Shown: positions 15,460 to 24,705 of the stretch, in pieces
Position numbering within the stretch: position 1 is the first letter of the stretch
How the letters are laid out: every line of letters starts with the position of its first letter
Origin: Egibacteraceae bacterium
GTDB taxonomy: Bacteria > Actinomycetota > Nitriliruptoria > Euzebyales > Egibacteraceae
NCBI GenBank assembly: GCA_035513815.1
Contig: DATKBU010000104.1
Location: forward strand, 1 to 52,610
DNA length: 52,610 nt
Reading direction: 5' to 3'
Notes under the pieces: model-generated
What the model was told of the DNA's origin: nothing
The model's input: only the letters and a program-made list of their open reading frames with translations
The model's database searches: none
Position numbers and translations under genes: made by a program

Positions 15460-16812
15460 ATGAGGGCGATCGCACTGGAGGACGGCGCAGCCGCTGAGCC
15501 CGGAGATCACCGGCCGTCGGATCGGGCGGGGCCAGCCGCGCCGCCTCGGCCCGGCGACGGGCCGAGGCGCGTTGGGATCGTATCCGTTCACACATCTCCT
15601 CTTGAGCTGCCCGGCGTCGGAGACTCCGGCGGGATGAATGTCTACATCGCGTCTCTCGCCCAGCAGCTGGCGCGCGCCGGCGTCGAGGTCGAGATCTTCA
15701 CCCGAGCTGGCGGCGAAGATCTCCCGCCGACCATTCGAACCGCCGACGGCGCGCGCGTGCATCACATCCAGGCCGGCCCAGCTGGACTGGCGAAATCCGG
15801 ACTGCCGCCGCACCTGTGCGCCTTCTATCTGGGGCTGGCGGCGCACCCGGCTTCGCAGGCGCTTGACCTGCTCCATGCGCACTACTGGATGAGCGGGTGG
15901 GTGGGGCGCAAGGCCAGCGGGCGACTCGGCGTTCCGCTGATCCAGAGCTTCCATACGCTCGCTCGCGTCAAGAACTCCAGCCTCGCGCCCGGCGAAGCGC
16001 CCGAATCGGCGCTGCGGATCGCCGCCGAGGATCGCGTGGTCGCCACCGCCGACGCGCTGGTCGCTCCCACCGGCGAGGAGGCCGCGATCCTTCACGACCG
16101 CTACCGCGCGCGCCCGGGAAGAGTCCACGTCGTCGAGCCGGGCGTCGATCTGAAGATCTTCTCACCCGGCGATCGGCAGGCCGCGCGGCGCAGCCTCGGC
16201 GGCGGACGGATCGTGCTGTTCGTCGGGCGGCTGCAGCCGTTGAAGAGCCCAGACATCGCAGTGCGTGCGCTCGCAGCGGTTGATCGGCTGCTGGGCGAGC
16301 ACGAACCGCCGGCGAGGCTGGTGATCTGCGGTGGGCCCAGCGGAGACCGAGCGGGGGAGTCGAGTCCCGCGGGGCTGCGCGCGCTCGCGAGCTCGCTGGG
16401 GATCGCCGACCGGGTTGCGCTGCTCGGCGCTCGCCCGCAGCACGAGCTCGCCGCGCTCTATCGCGCCGCTGACGTCGTGATCATGCCCAGCCGTTCGGAG
16501 AGCTTCGGTCTGGTGGCGCTGGAGGCCCAGGCGTGCGGGACGCCCGTTGTGGCGGCTGGAGTCGGCGGTCTGCGCCATGTGCTCGCCGGCGGCGGGGGCA
16601 CGCTGATCGCCGGCCACGATCCGCGTGACTACGCTCAGGCGCTCGTGGAGTATCTGACGGATCCGGTCGCACGTCAGGACGCATCGGCTGCGGGGCGCAA
16701 GCGCGCTCTCGCCCACAGCTGGGAGCGCACAGCCGCGGGAATGCTCGGCGTCTATCGCCGCGTGCTCGAGCGCCGCTGGCCGGCGGCGTCGAGCGTCCAG
16801 CGAGGCGCCTGA
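15460..16812 (+). CDS. mshA: D-inositol-3-phosphate glycosyltransferase (mycothiol biosynthesis)
   Basis: VSVHTSPLELPGVGDSGGMNVYI is characteristic of MshA. C-terminal GT4 motif PSRSESFGLVALEAQACGTPVVA. The exact start is uncertain because the N-terminus is Pro/Gly-rich. Confidence 0.85.
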   Translation: MRAIALEDGAAAEPGDHRPSDRAGPAAPPRPGDGPRRVGIVSVHTSPLELPGVGDSGGMNVYIASLAQQLARAGVEVEIFTRAGGEDLPPTIRTADGARVHHIQAGPAGLAKSGLPPHLCAFYLGLAAHPASQALDLLHAHYWMSGWVGRKASGRLGVPLIQSFHTLARVKNSSLAPGEAPESALRIAAEDRVVATADALVAPTGEEAAILHDRYRARPGRVHVVEPGVDLKIFSPGDRQAARRSLGGGRIVLFVGRLQPLKSPDIAVRALAAVDRLLGEHEPPARLVICGGPSGDRAGESSPAGLRALASSLGIADRVALLGARPQHELAALYRAADVVIMPSRSESFGLVALEAQACGTPVVAAGVGGLRHVLAGGGGTLIAGHDPRDYAQALVEYLTDPVARQDASAAGRKRALAHSWERTAAGMLGVYRRVLERRWPAASSVQRGA

Positions 16813-17270
16813 TGATTGCGGCGGACGCGATCCAACGATGGTTCAGCGACCATCCGGAGATCACGGTCGAGCGCACCAGCGAGGCGGGATGGCTGGCGGT
16901 GCTTCCCGGCGAGCGCAAGCGCGCCATCCCGACGCACCTCCGGCTGGGAGAGCGCACGCTCGCCGTCGAGTCCTTCTTCATCCACGCGCCCGAGGAGAAC
17001 CAGGCGCAGACCTACGCGCTGCTGCTGCGGCGGCACCTCGCCAGCCACATCTATCGCTTCGCGCTGACGGGGGATGGCGATGTGCTGATCGTGGGCGTCT
17101 TCCCGGCGGCGGCCGTCACCCTCGAGCAGGTCGATGTGCTGCTCGGCCAGCTGATCGCATTGGTCGATGAGACGTTCGACGCTGCGCTGCGGCTCGGATT
17201 CGCCCATTACATTGACCGTGAGCAAGCGTGGCGCGCAAGGGTGGGGGCGGCGCCGAACCCTATCACGTAG
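16812..17270 (+). CDS. YbjN-domain protein (conserved mshA neighbour)
   Basis: TGATG junction with mshA. 152 aa; pattern WLAVLPGERKRAIPTHLRLGERTLAVESFF...YRFAL resembles the Rv0487-like gene downstream of mshA. Confidence 0.7.
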   Translation: MIAADAIQRWFSDHPEITVERTSEAGWLAVLPGERKRAIPTHLRLGERTLAVESFFIHAPEENQAQTYALLLRRHLASHIYRFALTGDGDVLIVGVFPAAAVTLEQVDVLLGQLIALVDETFDAALRLGFAHYIDREQAWRARVGAAPNPIT

Positions 17271-17597
17271 TCCTCACGCTGCGTTTTGCAGTGGTATGGA
17301 CTAGTCATGCGCCGCGGAGGGGTGAAACAAGAGATTCTGTGGATGCGGCCGCGCTGCTGGTCAATCCTACATAGATAGTGGGTCGTGGCTGGAGCCAGCC
17401 CGGGCCCGCGAAGCGAAGGGCGCAGGACGCGCGCACCGCCTCGAAGGCGCGCGACCTCCCCGGCGGGTAGGCCCGCGGCCTTGGTCGCGGGCCTGCGCAC
17501 GTCCGCAGCGCGGTCGGTCTGCTTCCCCCAACCAGACGAGGGCGGGGCGGTTGACCATTCGCCGCCCCGGCAACAGTGCTGTGGGGAGGTGAGCCGT

Positions 17598-18149
17598 ATG
17601 GGTGCGGAGGCGCTCATCGTCGTCGACATGCAGAACGGGTTTCTGCGCGAGGGCAATCTCGCGAGCGATCGCTGCCTGGCCGTCCTGCCTGACGTCATCA
17701 GCGAAGTCACCGCAGCGCTGGCAGCAGACCACTACGTGTTCTTCACCGCTGACACGCATGAGCTCGACGATGAGGAATTTAAGATCTTCCCCGTCCATTG
17801 CGTTCGCGGGACCTCGGAGGCGCAGCTGGTCGACGAGCTCCAGCCGTTCCTCGATCGCGACAACGTCTTCGTGGTCCGCAAGCGGCGCTACTCGGCGCTT
17901 TTCGAAACCGAGCTCGAGGGCCATCTCAACCGCTTTGGGATCGACCGTGTGCGGATCTGCGGGGTCTGCACGGATATCTGCGTGCTGCACACCACCGCCG
18001 ACTTGCGCAACCGCGACATCGACGTGACCGTCGCCGCCGCCGCGACCGCCACGTTCGACGCGCCCGGGCACGCGGGTGACGACGTGCAGCGGTTCTCGAT
18101 CGCGCATCTGTCGGGGATCCTCGGGGCCGCCGTGGAAGACCCCGCGTAG
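17598..18149 (+). CDS. pncA: Nicotinamidase/pyrazinamidase (isochorismatase superfamily)
   Basis: The start MGAEALIVVDMQNGF follows GGGGAGG. Metal/active-site pattern ADTHE...FPVHCVRGT, K in VVRKRRYSA, and Cys in GVCTDICV. Confidence 0.8.
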   Translation: MGAEALIVVDMQNGFLREGNLASDRCLAVLPDVISEVTAALAADHYVFFTADTHELDDEEFKIFPVHCVRGTSEAQLVDELQPFLDRDNVFVVRKRRYSALFETELEGHLNRFGIDRVRICGVCTDICVLHTTADLRNRDIDVTVAAAATATFDAPGHAGDDVQRFSIAHLSGILGAAVEDPA

Positions 18150-18158
18150 GCCGGCGGG

Positions 18159-19094
18159 ATGCCTATCGCGCCGGGAGCCGTCCTGCGCTCGCTGCTGATT
18201 CGGGCGTCCCAGAGCCGCCTGCTTCGCGAGCAGGTGGCGCAGCGATCGCTGCCGCGCCGGGTGGCGCTGCGCTACGTCGCCGGCGAGACGATTGACGACG
18301 GGCTTCACGCAGCCGCGCGCCTGGCCGCCGCCGGGCGGTCGGCGACGCTTGACTACCTCGGTGAGAGCGTGACCGAGGAGTCAAGGGCCCGCTCCGCCAG
18401 CAAGGTGCTGCTGGAAGTCCTCGACCGCATCCGCGTCGAGGGTCTTCCTGGCGGCGTGTCCGTCAAGCCCACGGGAGTAGGGCTGGCGGTCGATCGCGCG
18501 CTGTGCGAGGAGCTGCTCGGAGAGGTCGCCGCCGCAGCGGAGGCCGTCCCCGCCCACGTGACACTCGACATGGAGGACAGCTCCGTCACCGAAGCCACCG
18601 TCGCGCTGGTGGAGCGCCTCCGGGCCGCCGGCCGCCACGAGGTCGGCTGCGCAGTCCAGGCCTACCTGCACCGAACCCGCGGCGACATCGAGCGCCTCAC
18701 CGCCGCGGGCGCCAGCCTGCGCCTGTGCAAGGGCGCGTACGCGGAGCCGGCCAGCGTGGCGCATCAATCGCGCTCGGCGGTGGATCGAAGCTTCGCCGAG
18801 TGCGCTGACTGGCTGCTGGAGCACGGGGTCTACCCACGGCTCGCCACGCACGATCACCGGCTCATCGAGCGCGCCAAGCGAGTCGCGACTGCCCTCGGCC
18901 GCGCTCCCGACGAGTTCGAGTTCCAGATGCTGTACGGGGTGCGGCCCAAACTTCAGGGGTCCCTCGTGGCCGATGGCTATCGGCTGCGGGTGTATGTCCC
19001 GTTCGGCAGCGAGTGGTATCCGTACCTGGTGCGCCGGATCGCGGAGCGCCCCGCCAATCTGGTGTTCTTTCTGCGGGCCCTCGGTCGGCGCTGA
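18159..19094 (+). CDS. Proline dehydrogenase (monofunctional PutA-like)
   Basis: 311 aa. Motifs TLDYLGE, LDMEDSS, AVQAYLHRT, LRLCKGAY, ATHD, RIAERPANLVFFLR. Confidence 0.85.
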   Translation: MPIAPGAVLRSLLIRASQSRLLREQVAQRSLPRRVALRYVAGETIDDGLHAAARLAAAGRSATLDYLGESVTEESRARSASKVLLEVLDRIRVEGLPGGVSVKPTGVGLAVDRALCEELLGEVAAAAEAVPAHVTLDMEDSSVTEATVALVERLRAAGRHEVGCAVQAYLHRTRGDIERLTAAGASLRLCKGAYAEPASVAHQSRSAVDRSFAECADWLLEHGVYPRLATHDHRLIERAKRVATALGRAPDEFEFQMLYGVRPKLQGSLVADGYRLRVYVPFGSEWYPYLVRRIAERPANLVFFLRALGRR

Positions 19095-19145
19095 GCCTCC
19101 CGCGCACGCGCCAGGAGTAGGCGGGTCGCGGTACCCTGCAGTGCC

Positions 19146-19955
19146 ATGGAGGGCACGCTTGCGATTCTTGGCACCGGCCGCATGGGCGAGGCCCTGCTGT
19201 CCGGTCTGCTGCGCTCCGGGTGGGCGAAGCCGGAGCAGATCCGCTGCGCGGTCAGGCGGGAAGAGCGCGCTCGCGCGCTGAGCGAGACGTACGGCGTGCG
19301 CACCGAACTCGACTCCGCGTCCGCGGCGGCCGACGCGGATGTGCTGATCCTTGCGGTGAAGCCCCAGAACATGCGCGCGCTGCTGACCGAGATCGCGCCG
19401 AAGGTTCACTCGGGCCAGACGATCATCTCCGTCGCCGCCGGCGTGCCGACCAGTGTCATCGAGCAGATGCTGCCCGCCGGCGTCCCGGTGGTGCGCGTGA
19501 TGTCGAACGTTCCCGTGCAGGTCGATGAGGCGATGAGCGCGATCGCTCCGGGCCGGGAGGCTGGTGAAGAGCACCTCGCGGTCGCCGAGGCGGTGCTCGG
19601 CCACGTCGGAAAGGTCGTCCACCTGGCGGAGGAGCATCTGGACGCCGTCACCGCGCTGTCGGGATCGGGGCCGGCGTATTTCTTCCTGCTCGCCGAGGCG
19701 ATGATCGACGCCGGGATCCTTCTCGGGCTTTCGCGCGATGTGGCCACCGAGCTGATCGTCCAGACGATGGTGGGAAGCGCGAAGATGCTGCGCGACACGG
19801 GCAAGCACCCGGTGGAGCTTCGCGAGGCTGTCACGTCTCCCGGCGGCACCACCATCGCAGCGATCCGGGTGCTCGAGGAGCAGCGGGTCCGCGCCGCATT
19901 CCTCAACGCGATCGAGGCGGCGAAGCTGCGCTCCGAAGAGCTGGCAGGCGGGTGA
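19146..19955 (+). CDS. proC: Pyrroline-5-carboxylate reductase
   Basis: LAILGTGRMGEALLSGL (Rossmann), LSGSGPAYFFLLAEAM, VTSPGGTT. Confidence 0.9.
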   Translation: MEGTLAILGTGRMGEALLSGLLRSGWAKPEQIRCAVRREERARALSETYGVRTELDSASAAADADVLILAVKPQNMRALLTEIAPKVHSGQTIISVAAGVPTSVIEQMLPAGVPVVRVMSNVPVQVDEAMSAIAPGREAGEEHLAVAEAVLGHVGKVVHLAEEHLDAVTALSGSGPAYFFLLAEAMIDAGILLGLSRDVATELIVQTMVGSAKMLRDTGKHPVELREAVTSPGGTTIAAIRVLEEQRVRAAFLNAIEAAKLRSEELAGG

Positions 19956-20037
19956 GCGCGTTCCGCGCGCAGTGCCGTTGCGAGCGGCGCCGGCCTGGGT
20001 AGCCTGGGCGCAAGAGACAGCAGATGGGGAGTATGGG

Positions 20038-20331
20038 ATGACGACGACGCGATCAGCATCCATCGATCGCCTCCTGGGCGAGTTCGAAGGCGCCTGGCGG
20101 GATGACATGCCGGTGTTCGCCTGCTGCCGGAAGTCGGTCGCCACGGCGGTCGGCAACCTGGACATCGCCGCGACCGTCCCGCTGGATGCGACGTCGAGAG
20201 TGCAGGCGCTGCGCCAGGCCGTCGAGGAGCAACTGGTCGGCCATCTCGAGGCTCACCGCTGCTGCTCCGGGCATCTCGCGGATCTCGCCTTCGATCTTCC
20301 TGACCTGATCGCCCCCGTCAACGAGGGTTGA
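20038..20331 (+). CDS. Hypothetical small protein with two CC dyads
   Basis: 97 aa counted from the ATG at 20038. Contains FACCRK and HRCCSGH. The stop overlaps the TTG start of the deacetylase gene (TTGA). I recognise no family. Confidence 0.45.
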   Translation: MTTTRSASIDRLLGEFEGAWRDDMPVFACCRKSVATAVGNLDIAATVPLDATSRVQALRQAVEEQLVGHLEAHRCCSGHLADLAFDLPDLIAPVNEG

Positions 20332-21485
20332 GCTCGGCGCTGATCTGGGCGGGTGGGCTGCGGTACGACTTCGGGCCCCATCACCCGCTGAAGCCGCTGC
20401 GCGTTGAGCTCACTGTCTCGCTCATCCAAGCCTGCGGCCTGGCCGACGGCGGGAACGTCGCCACTGTGGCGCCGGCTGCGTTCGATGACGCCGACGTGCT
20501 CAGACTTCACGATCCCGCCTACGTCGAGCAGGTGCGGCGCCTGTCGGCGGACCCGGATCCGGCGGGGGCGCCGGCGCACGGCCTCGGGGCGGGCGACAAC
20601 CCTGTGTTCGCCGGCATGCACGAGGCCTCGCTGGAGGTCTGCGGCGCATCCGTCGCTGCCGCCCGCGAGGTGTGGCAGGGCGCGGCGCGGCACGCCTTCA
20701 ATCCGGCCGGCGGTCTGCATCACGCCATGAGCGATCGAGCCTCTGGCTTCTGCGTCTACAACGATCCCGCGTTCGCGATCGACTGGCTGCTGCGCCACGG
20801 GGCCGGGAAGGTTGCGTATGTCGATGTCGACACGCATCACGGCGACGGCGTGCAGGCGATGTTCTATGACAATCCGCGGGTCCTCACGGTGAGCCTCCAC
20901 GAGTCGGGGCGCTACCTGTTCCCCGGCACCGGATTCCCCGGCGAGATCGGCGAGGGCGACGGCCGCGGCGCTTCCCTCAACGTGCCGCTTGCCCCCTCGA
21001 CGACCGGTGAGGTGTATCTCGAGGCGTTCGACGCGGTCGTCCCGGCGGCGCTGGATGCGTTCCGGCCAGACGTGCTGGTCACCCAGCTGGGCTGCGATAC
21101 CCACGTGACCGATCCGCTCGCGCATCTGGCGCTGACGACCGACGACTATGCGCAGATCGCCGCCCGCCTTCATCGTCTGGCCCATGAGCGGGCGCACGGG
21201 CGCTGGGTCGCGCTTGGCGGGGGCGGGTATCAGATCGCCTCCGTGGTCCCTCGGGCCTGGACCATCTACTTCGCCGAGCTCAGCGGCCAGCATCTGCCGA
21301 TGGAGCTGCCCTGGGGCTGGCTGCACGAGGCCGAGGCCCGCGCCGGCGTCACGCCCCCTCAGACCTTCCACGACCCGCCCGTGCATGTGAGCCCAGCTCG
21401 CGTGACCGCGCTGCGCGAGGAGACCCGAGGCAGCGTGGAAGAGCTCAAGCGCGCGGCGTTCGACCTGCTGGAGCGCTTGCCGTGA
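20328..21485 (+). CDS. Histone deacetylase-family protein (AcuC-like acetoin utilisation/deacetylase)
   Basis: 385 aa. YDFGPHHPLKP, GGLHHAMSDRASGFCVYND, VDVDTHHGDGVQ, HESGRYLFPGTG. Confidence 0.85.
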   Translation: MSSALIWAGGLRYDFGPHHPLKPLRVELTVSLIQACGLADGGNVATVAPAAFDDADVLRLHDPAYVEQVRRLSADPDPAGAPAHGLGAGDNPVFAGMHEASLEVCGASVAAAREVWQGAARHAFNPAGGLHHAMSDRASGFCVYNDPAFAIDWLLRHGAGKVAYVDVDTHHGDGVQAMFYDNPRVLTVSLHESGRYLFPGTGFPGEIGEGDGRGASLNVPLAPSTTGEVYLEAFDAVVPAALDAFRPDVLVTQLGCDTHVTDPLAHLALTTDDYAQIAARLHRLAHERAHGRWVALGGGGYQIASVVPRAWTIYFAELSGQHLPMELPWGWLHEAEARAGVTPPQTFHDPPVHVSPARVTALREETRGSVEELKRAAFDLLERLP

Positions 21486-22258
21486 GCTGGTCAGGCCAAG
21501 ACGCGCTGCGCGCGCATCTGGTGACCAGCCGACTCGCCGGTCAGGTCGCGACGCCGCCCGTCAGCACGCTTGCCAACTGCGCACGGCTGGTTGCGGGTCG
21601 TTCTCATTACACGTTCGGGCTGTCCGATTGGCGCGAGGCCGATCTCGGCGCGGCGATCGCTGCCGTGCGGGCGCTGTGCGGCGGGGATCCCGAGACCGCC
21701 GAGCCCAACGGGCCCGGCTGGATCGATCCGGACGCGTGCCTCCGCGCGATCGCGCTGCACCGGGGCCGCCTCGCCGACACCGCGCGCTCCGGCGGACGGG
21801 TCCTGCTGGCCACCGGGCATCCGACAGGGCTCATCCCGCACTACGGCGCCATCGCACGGGCTCTGCGCGCGGCGGGATGCAAGATCCTCACGCCGCTGGA
21901 CGATGTGGTGCTGCGCACGGCCGAGGACGGCCGCCCGCAGGGGCTCCGCTTTCTGGACGGTGTGGCCGCCGTATTCAGCGCCGCCGCCCTGATTCACAGC
22001 CATCATCCGCGCTACATGCAGGCCATGCTCGAAGAGCTCGGCGGCGCCGACGCGGTAGATCTGGTCATCGGCGATCACGGGATGGCCGGCGCCGCCATCG
22101 AGGCGGGGATCCCGGCGCTCGCCATCGCCGATGTCAACGATCCCGCGCTGCCGCTGGCGCAGGCCCGAGGACGCACGGACGCCGTCCTGCCCGTCGACGA
22201 CAACCTGGCCCCGAGCCTCTTCGCCCCTGTGACCGAGGCGATGCTGGCCTGGTCGTGA
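21482..22258 (+). CDS. Conserved hypothetical protein, AcuC-linked (function unknown)
   Basis: 258 aa. GTGA-type overlap with the deacetylase gene; gene-like codon bias. I cannot assign a domain. Confidence 0.5.
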   Translation: MSWSGQDALRAHLVTSRLAGQVATPPVSTLANCARLVAGRSHYTFGLSDWREADLGAAIAAVRALCGGDPETAEPNGPGWIDPDACLRAIALHRGRLADTARSGGRVLLATGHPTGLIPHYGAIARALRAAGCKILTPLDDVVLRTAEDGRPQGLRFLDGVAAVFSAAALIHSHHPRYMQAMLEELGGADAVDLVIGDHGMAGAAIEAGIPALAIADVNDPALPLAQARGRTDAVLPVDDNLAPSLFAPVTEAMLAWS

Positions 22259-22348
22259 ACCCGCGCCGCTTCACGCCTCACACGGGTTCGCCCTGCAATT
22301 ATGTGCGCCGCTCAAGCTGTCGTCCCTTCGTGGCCGAATATTCGCAGG

Positions 22349-23689
22349 ATGGAGCACGCAACGAACACCGAAGCTGGGCCGGCATTTGGCGCCCGGCGAC
22401 GCAATGGCCCGCGCGGCGCACGGCGAGCCCAGTCGAGGAGCGCTCGCGTCGCGCTGGTGGCTGTGCTTGCGCTGGCCCCCGCCGCCGTGACGATTCCCGA
22501 CGCGGGCGCCGATCACGGCGCTCAGGTCTATGGCACGGTCACTGCGCCCGATGGGACGGCAGTGGGCAGCGTGCGCGTCGGGACCGAGGCAGGCCCCACT
22601 GACACCAGTACGGAGACCTCCTCGGCCGGGGGCTACCGGCTCCATCCGCTGGCTCCCGGGTCGTATGCGATCGAGTTCGGCTCGCCGCTCGCGCAGTACG
22701 AGACGGCGACCGTCACCGTCTCGCTGGCGCAGATGGAGTCCAAGCTCCTCGATGTCGCCCTTCAGCCAGCCGCGCTGCCACTGAGCGTCGTCTCGGGCGC
22801 GACCCGTATCATGACCGCGGTGCAGGCGTCCCAGGCCGGGTTCCCGCAGGGGGCCGACACCGTGGTGATCGCTGCGGGCGGCACCTTCCCGGATGCGCTG
22901 GCGGCGGCGCCGCTCGCCGCGCAGAATGACGCCCCCCTCCTGCTCGTCGGCGATCGCAGCGGTCCCGAGGTCCTGGCTGAGGTCGGGCGCCTGGGCGCAG
23001 GCAAGGCCTTCATCGTGGGCGCCAGCGGCGCGGTCAGCGTGGTCGTCCAGTCCGAGCTAGAGCGCGCCGGCGTGGAAGTCGAGAGGATCGCCGGGGAGAA
23101 CCGGTTCGACACCGCCGCCCTGATCGCGCGCGAGGTCGGCGCGCCGCCCAGTGGGGAGGTGGCGGTGGCCTTCGGCGGCAACTTCCCTGACGCGCTCGCG
23201 ATGGCGCCGGTGGCTGCCGCGAACGGCATCCCGATCGTCCTCGCGGATACCGACTTGCCCAAGGACACGGCAGCCGCCCTGGCCGCGCTCGGCGCCACCC
23301 GCACGCTCGTCCTGGGGGGGCAGGCAGTGGTGAGCGACGCAGTCGTGCGCCAGCTTCCTGCGCCGCGGCGGATCTCTGGTCCGGAGCGCTATGCGACGGG
23401 CGTGGCGGTTGCCGAGGAGGGACTGCGCCGCGGGGGATCGCTCAGCACGGTCTACGTGGCGACGGGAGGGAACTTCCCCGACGCGCTGGCGGCCGGGCCG
23501 TTTGCCGCGCTGACGGCCAGCCCGGTGCTGCTCGTCGACGGCAGCGACGCCCGGGCGGCCGGCGTCGCCTACCAGTTCCTGGTCGACCATTTCGCCGAGA
23601 TCGATCGAATCGTAGTGCTCGGCGGTGACGGCGCGGTGTCCAGTCCGGTCCGCTCGAGGGTTCGCCGACCGGCGATGGCGCTGGAGTAG
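22349..23689 (+). CDS. Secreted cell-wall-binding (CWB2) repeat protein with N-terminal carboxypeptidase-regulatory-like beta domain
   Basis: Signal peptide ARVALVAVLALAPAAV. GTVTAPDGTAVGSVRV...GGYRLHPLAPGSYAIEF. Three CWB2 repeats (RIAGENRFDTAALIA...GGNFPDALAMAPVAAANGIPIVLA; RISGPERYATGVAVA...GGNFPDALAAGPFAALTASPVLLV). Confidence 0.72.
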   Translation: MEHATNTEAGPAFGARRRNGPRGARRAQSRSARVALVAVLALAPAAVTIPDAGADHGAQVYGTVTAPDGTAVGSVRVGTEAGPTDTSTETSSAGGYRLHPLAPGSYAIEFGSPLAQYETATVTVSLAQMESKLLDVALQPAALPLSVVSGATRIMTAVQASQAGFPQGADTVVIAAGGTFPDALAAAPLAAQNDAPLLLVGDRSGPEVLAEVGRLGAGKAFIVGASGAVSVVVQSELERAGVEVERIAGENRFDTAALIAREVGAPPSGEVAVAFGGNFPDALAMAPVAAANGIPIVLADTDLPKDTAAALAALGATRTLVLGGQAVVSDAVVRQLPAPRRISGPERYATGVAVAEEGLRRGGSLSTVYVATGGNFPDALAAGPFAALTASPVLLVDGSDARAAGVAYQFLVDHFAEIDRIVVLGGDGAVSSPVRSRVRRPAMALE

Positions 23690-23692
23690 CCG

Positions 23693-24223
23693 ATGGCCGA
23701 GTACGGGAACGTGAGTGCTCCGCTGCTGGCGGCGCTGTTCGCGTGGGCGGCGTTGGTCAAGGCCCGTCGCCCGGCGGCGACGGCAGGCAGCTTCTCTGCC
23801 CTTGGCCTGCCCGGCGCCCGCGGCCTGGCGTTCGCTGTCCCAGCTGCGGAGCTGATCATCGCCGCCGCCCTGCTGGTCCGCCCGACGCTCGGCGCAGCCA
23901 CGGCGCTGCTGGCGCTGGCGGCGTTCAGCGCGGTGCTCGGCTCGGCGCTGCGGCGCGGTGCGGCGGTGACGTGCGGGTGCTTCGGCGCCGCGGGCGCGAA
24001 CGCGGTGTCCAGCGGAGATCTGCTGCGCAACGCAGCGCTGGCGCTGCTCGCCGCGCCCGCCCTCGCGGTCTGGAAGCTTGCCGTGCCGACCCTTCCCGCC
24101 ATGGTTGGCGTCACAGGGGCCGCATCCGCAGCTGCTGTGGCGCTCGCGCTGCTGCGGCTGCGCCGGGAGACGGGTCGGCTGTGGGACAACGCGTTGGAAC
24201 CGGGTCCCGAGGGGGGGGTATGA
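23693..24223 (+). CDS. MauE/DoxX-family redox-associated membrane protein
   Basis: 176 aa with four to five TM helices. FAWAALVKARRP... and the CGCFG motif are typical of MauE. Confidence 0.75.
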   Translation: MAEYGNVSAPLLAALFAWAALVKARRPAATAGSFSALGLPGARGLAFAVPAAELIIAAALLVRPTLGAATALLALAAFSAVLGSALRRGAAVTCGCFGAAGANAVSSGDLLRNAALALLAAPALAVWKLAVPTLPAMVGVTGAASAAAVALALLRLRRETGRLWDNALEPGPEGGV

Positions 24224-24705
24224 GCGGCGGCGCGTGGATCGCCTCGTACGTGATCCTGTGGGTCGCGGTTGCCATGCTGTCGCTGGCGGTGATCGTCCTG
24301 CTGCGCCAGATCGGCGTCCTCCATGCGCGGATCCGCCCGATGGGAGTTCATTTCGCCAACGAGGGCCCGACGCGTGACGCGCCCGCGCCGTTGCCGCAGC
24401 ACTTCGACTTCGGCTCGCGGCGACTCACCCTGGTGACCTTCACCTCCGAGGGGTGCCGGATCTGCCAAGACCTCCTGCCGTCGATCCGCGCGCTGGAGCG
24501 GCAGTACGAGGACCTGGGCATCGACGTCGTATCGCTGGGTCCGGGCACGCAGGAAGTGTTCAACGCCTACAGCGTGCGCTCGACCCCCTATGTCGTGGGA
24601 GTCGACTCCGCTGGAGTCGTGCGAGGCGGCGGCGTCGCGAACACCCTTGAGCAGATCGAAGTGCTGGTGGAGTCGTGTCTTGAAGGAAGCTCGCAAGATG
24701 GCTGA
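24220..24705 (+). CDS. MauD-like membrane-anchored thioredoxin-fold protein (CRIC)
   Basis: ATGA overlap with the mauE-like gene. N-terminal TM followed by LLRQIGVLHARIRPMG (very MauD-like), then TFTSEGCRICQDLLP. Confidence 0.7.
   Translation: MSGGAWIASYVILWVAVAMLSLAVIVLLRQIGVLHARIRPMGVHFANEGPTRDAPAPLPQHFDFGSRRLTLVTFTSEGCRICQDLLPSIRALERQYEDLGIDVVSLGPGTQEVFNAYSVRSTPYVVGVDSAGVVRGGGVANTLEQIEVLVESCLEGSSQDG

Noticed and set aside
17381-17470. Resemblance of GGGTCGTGGCTGGAGCC... to the 5' part of the ZTP (pfl) riboswitch (GGGUCGUGACUGGCG). A similar weak resemblance occurs at 6545-6585.
   Set aside because: The downstream pseudoknot partner CCGCCUGGGC is absent in both cases, and the intervening helices do not match the consensus. 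The downstream genes pncA and ygfZ give only loose functional support.
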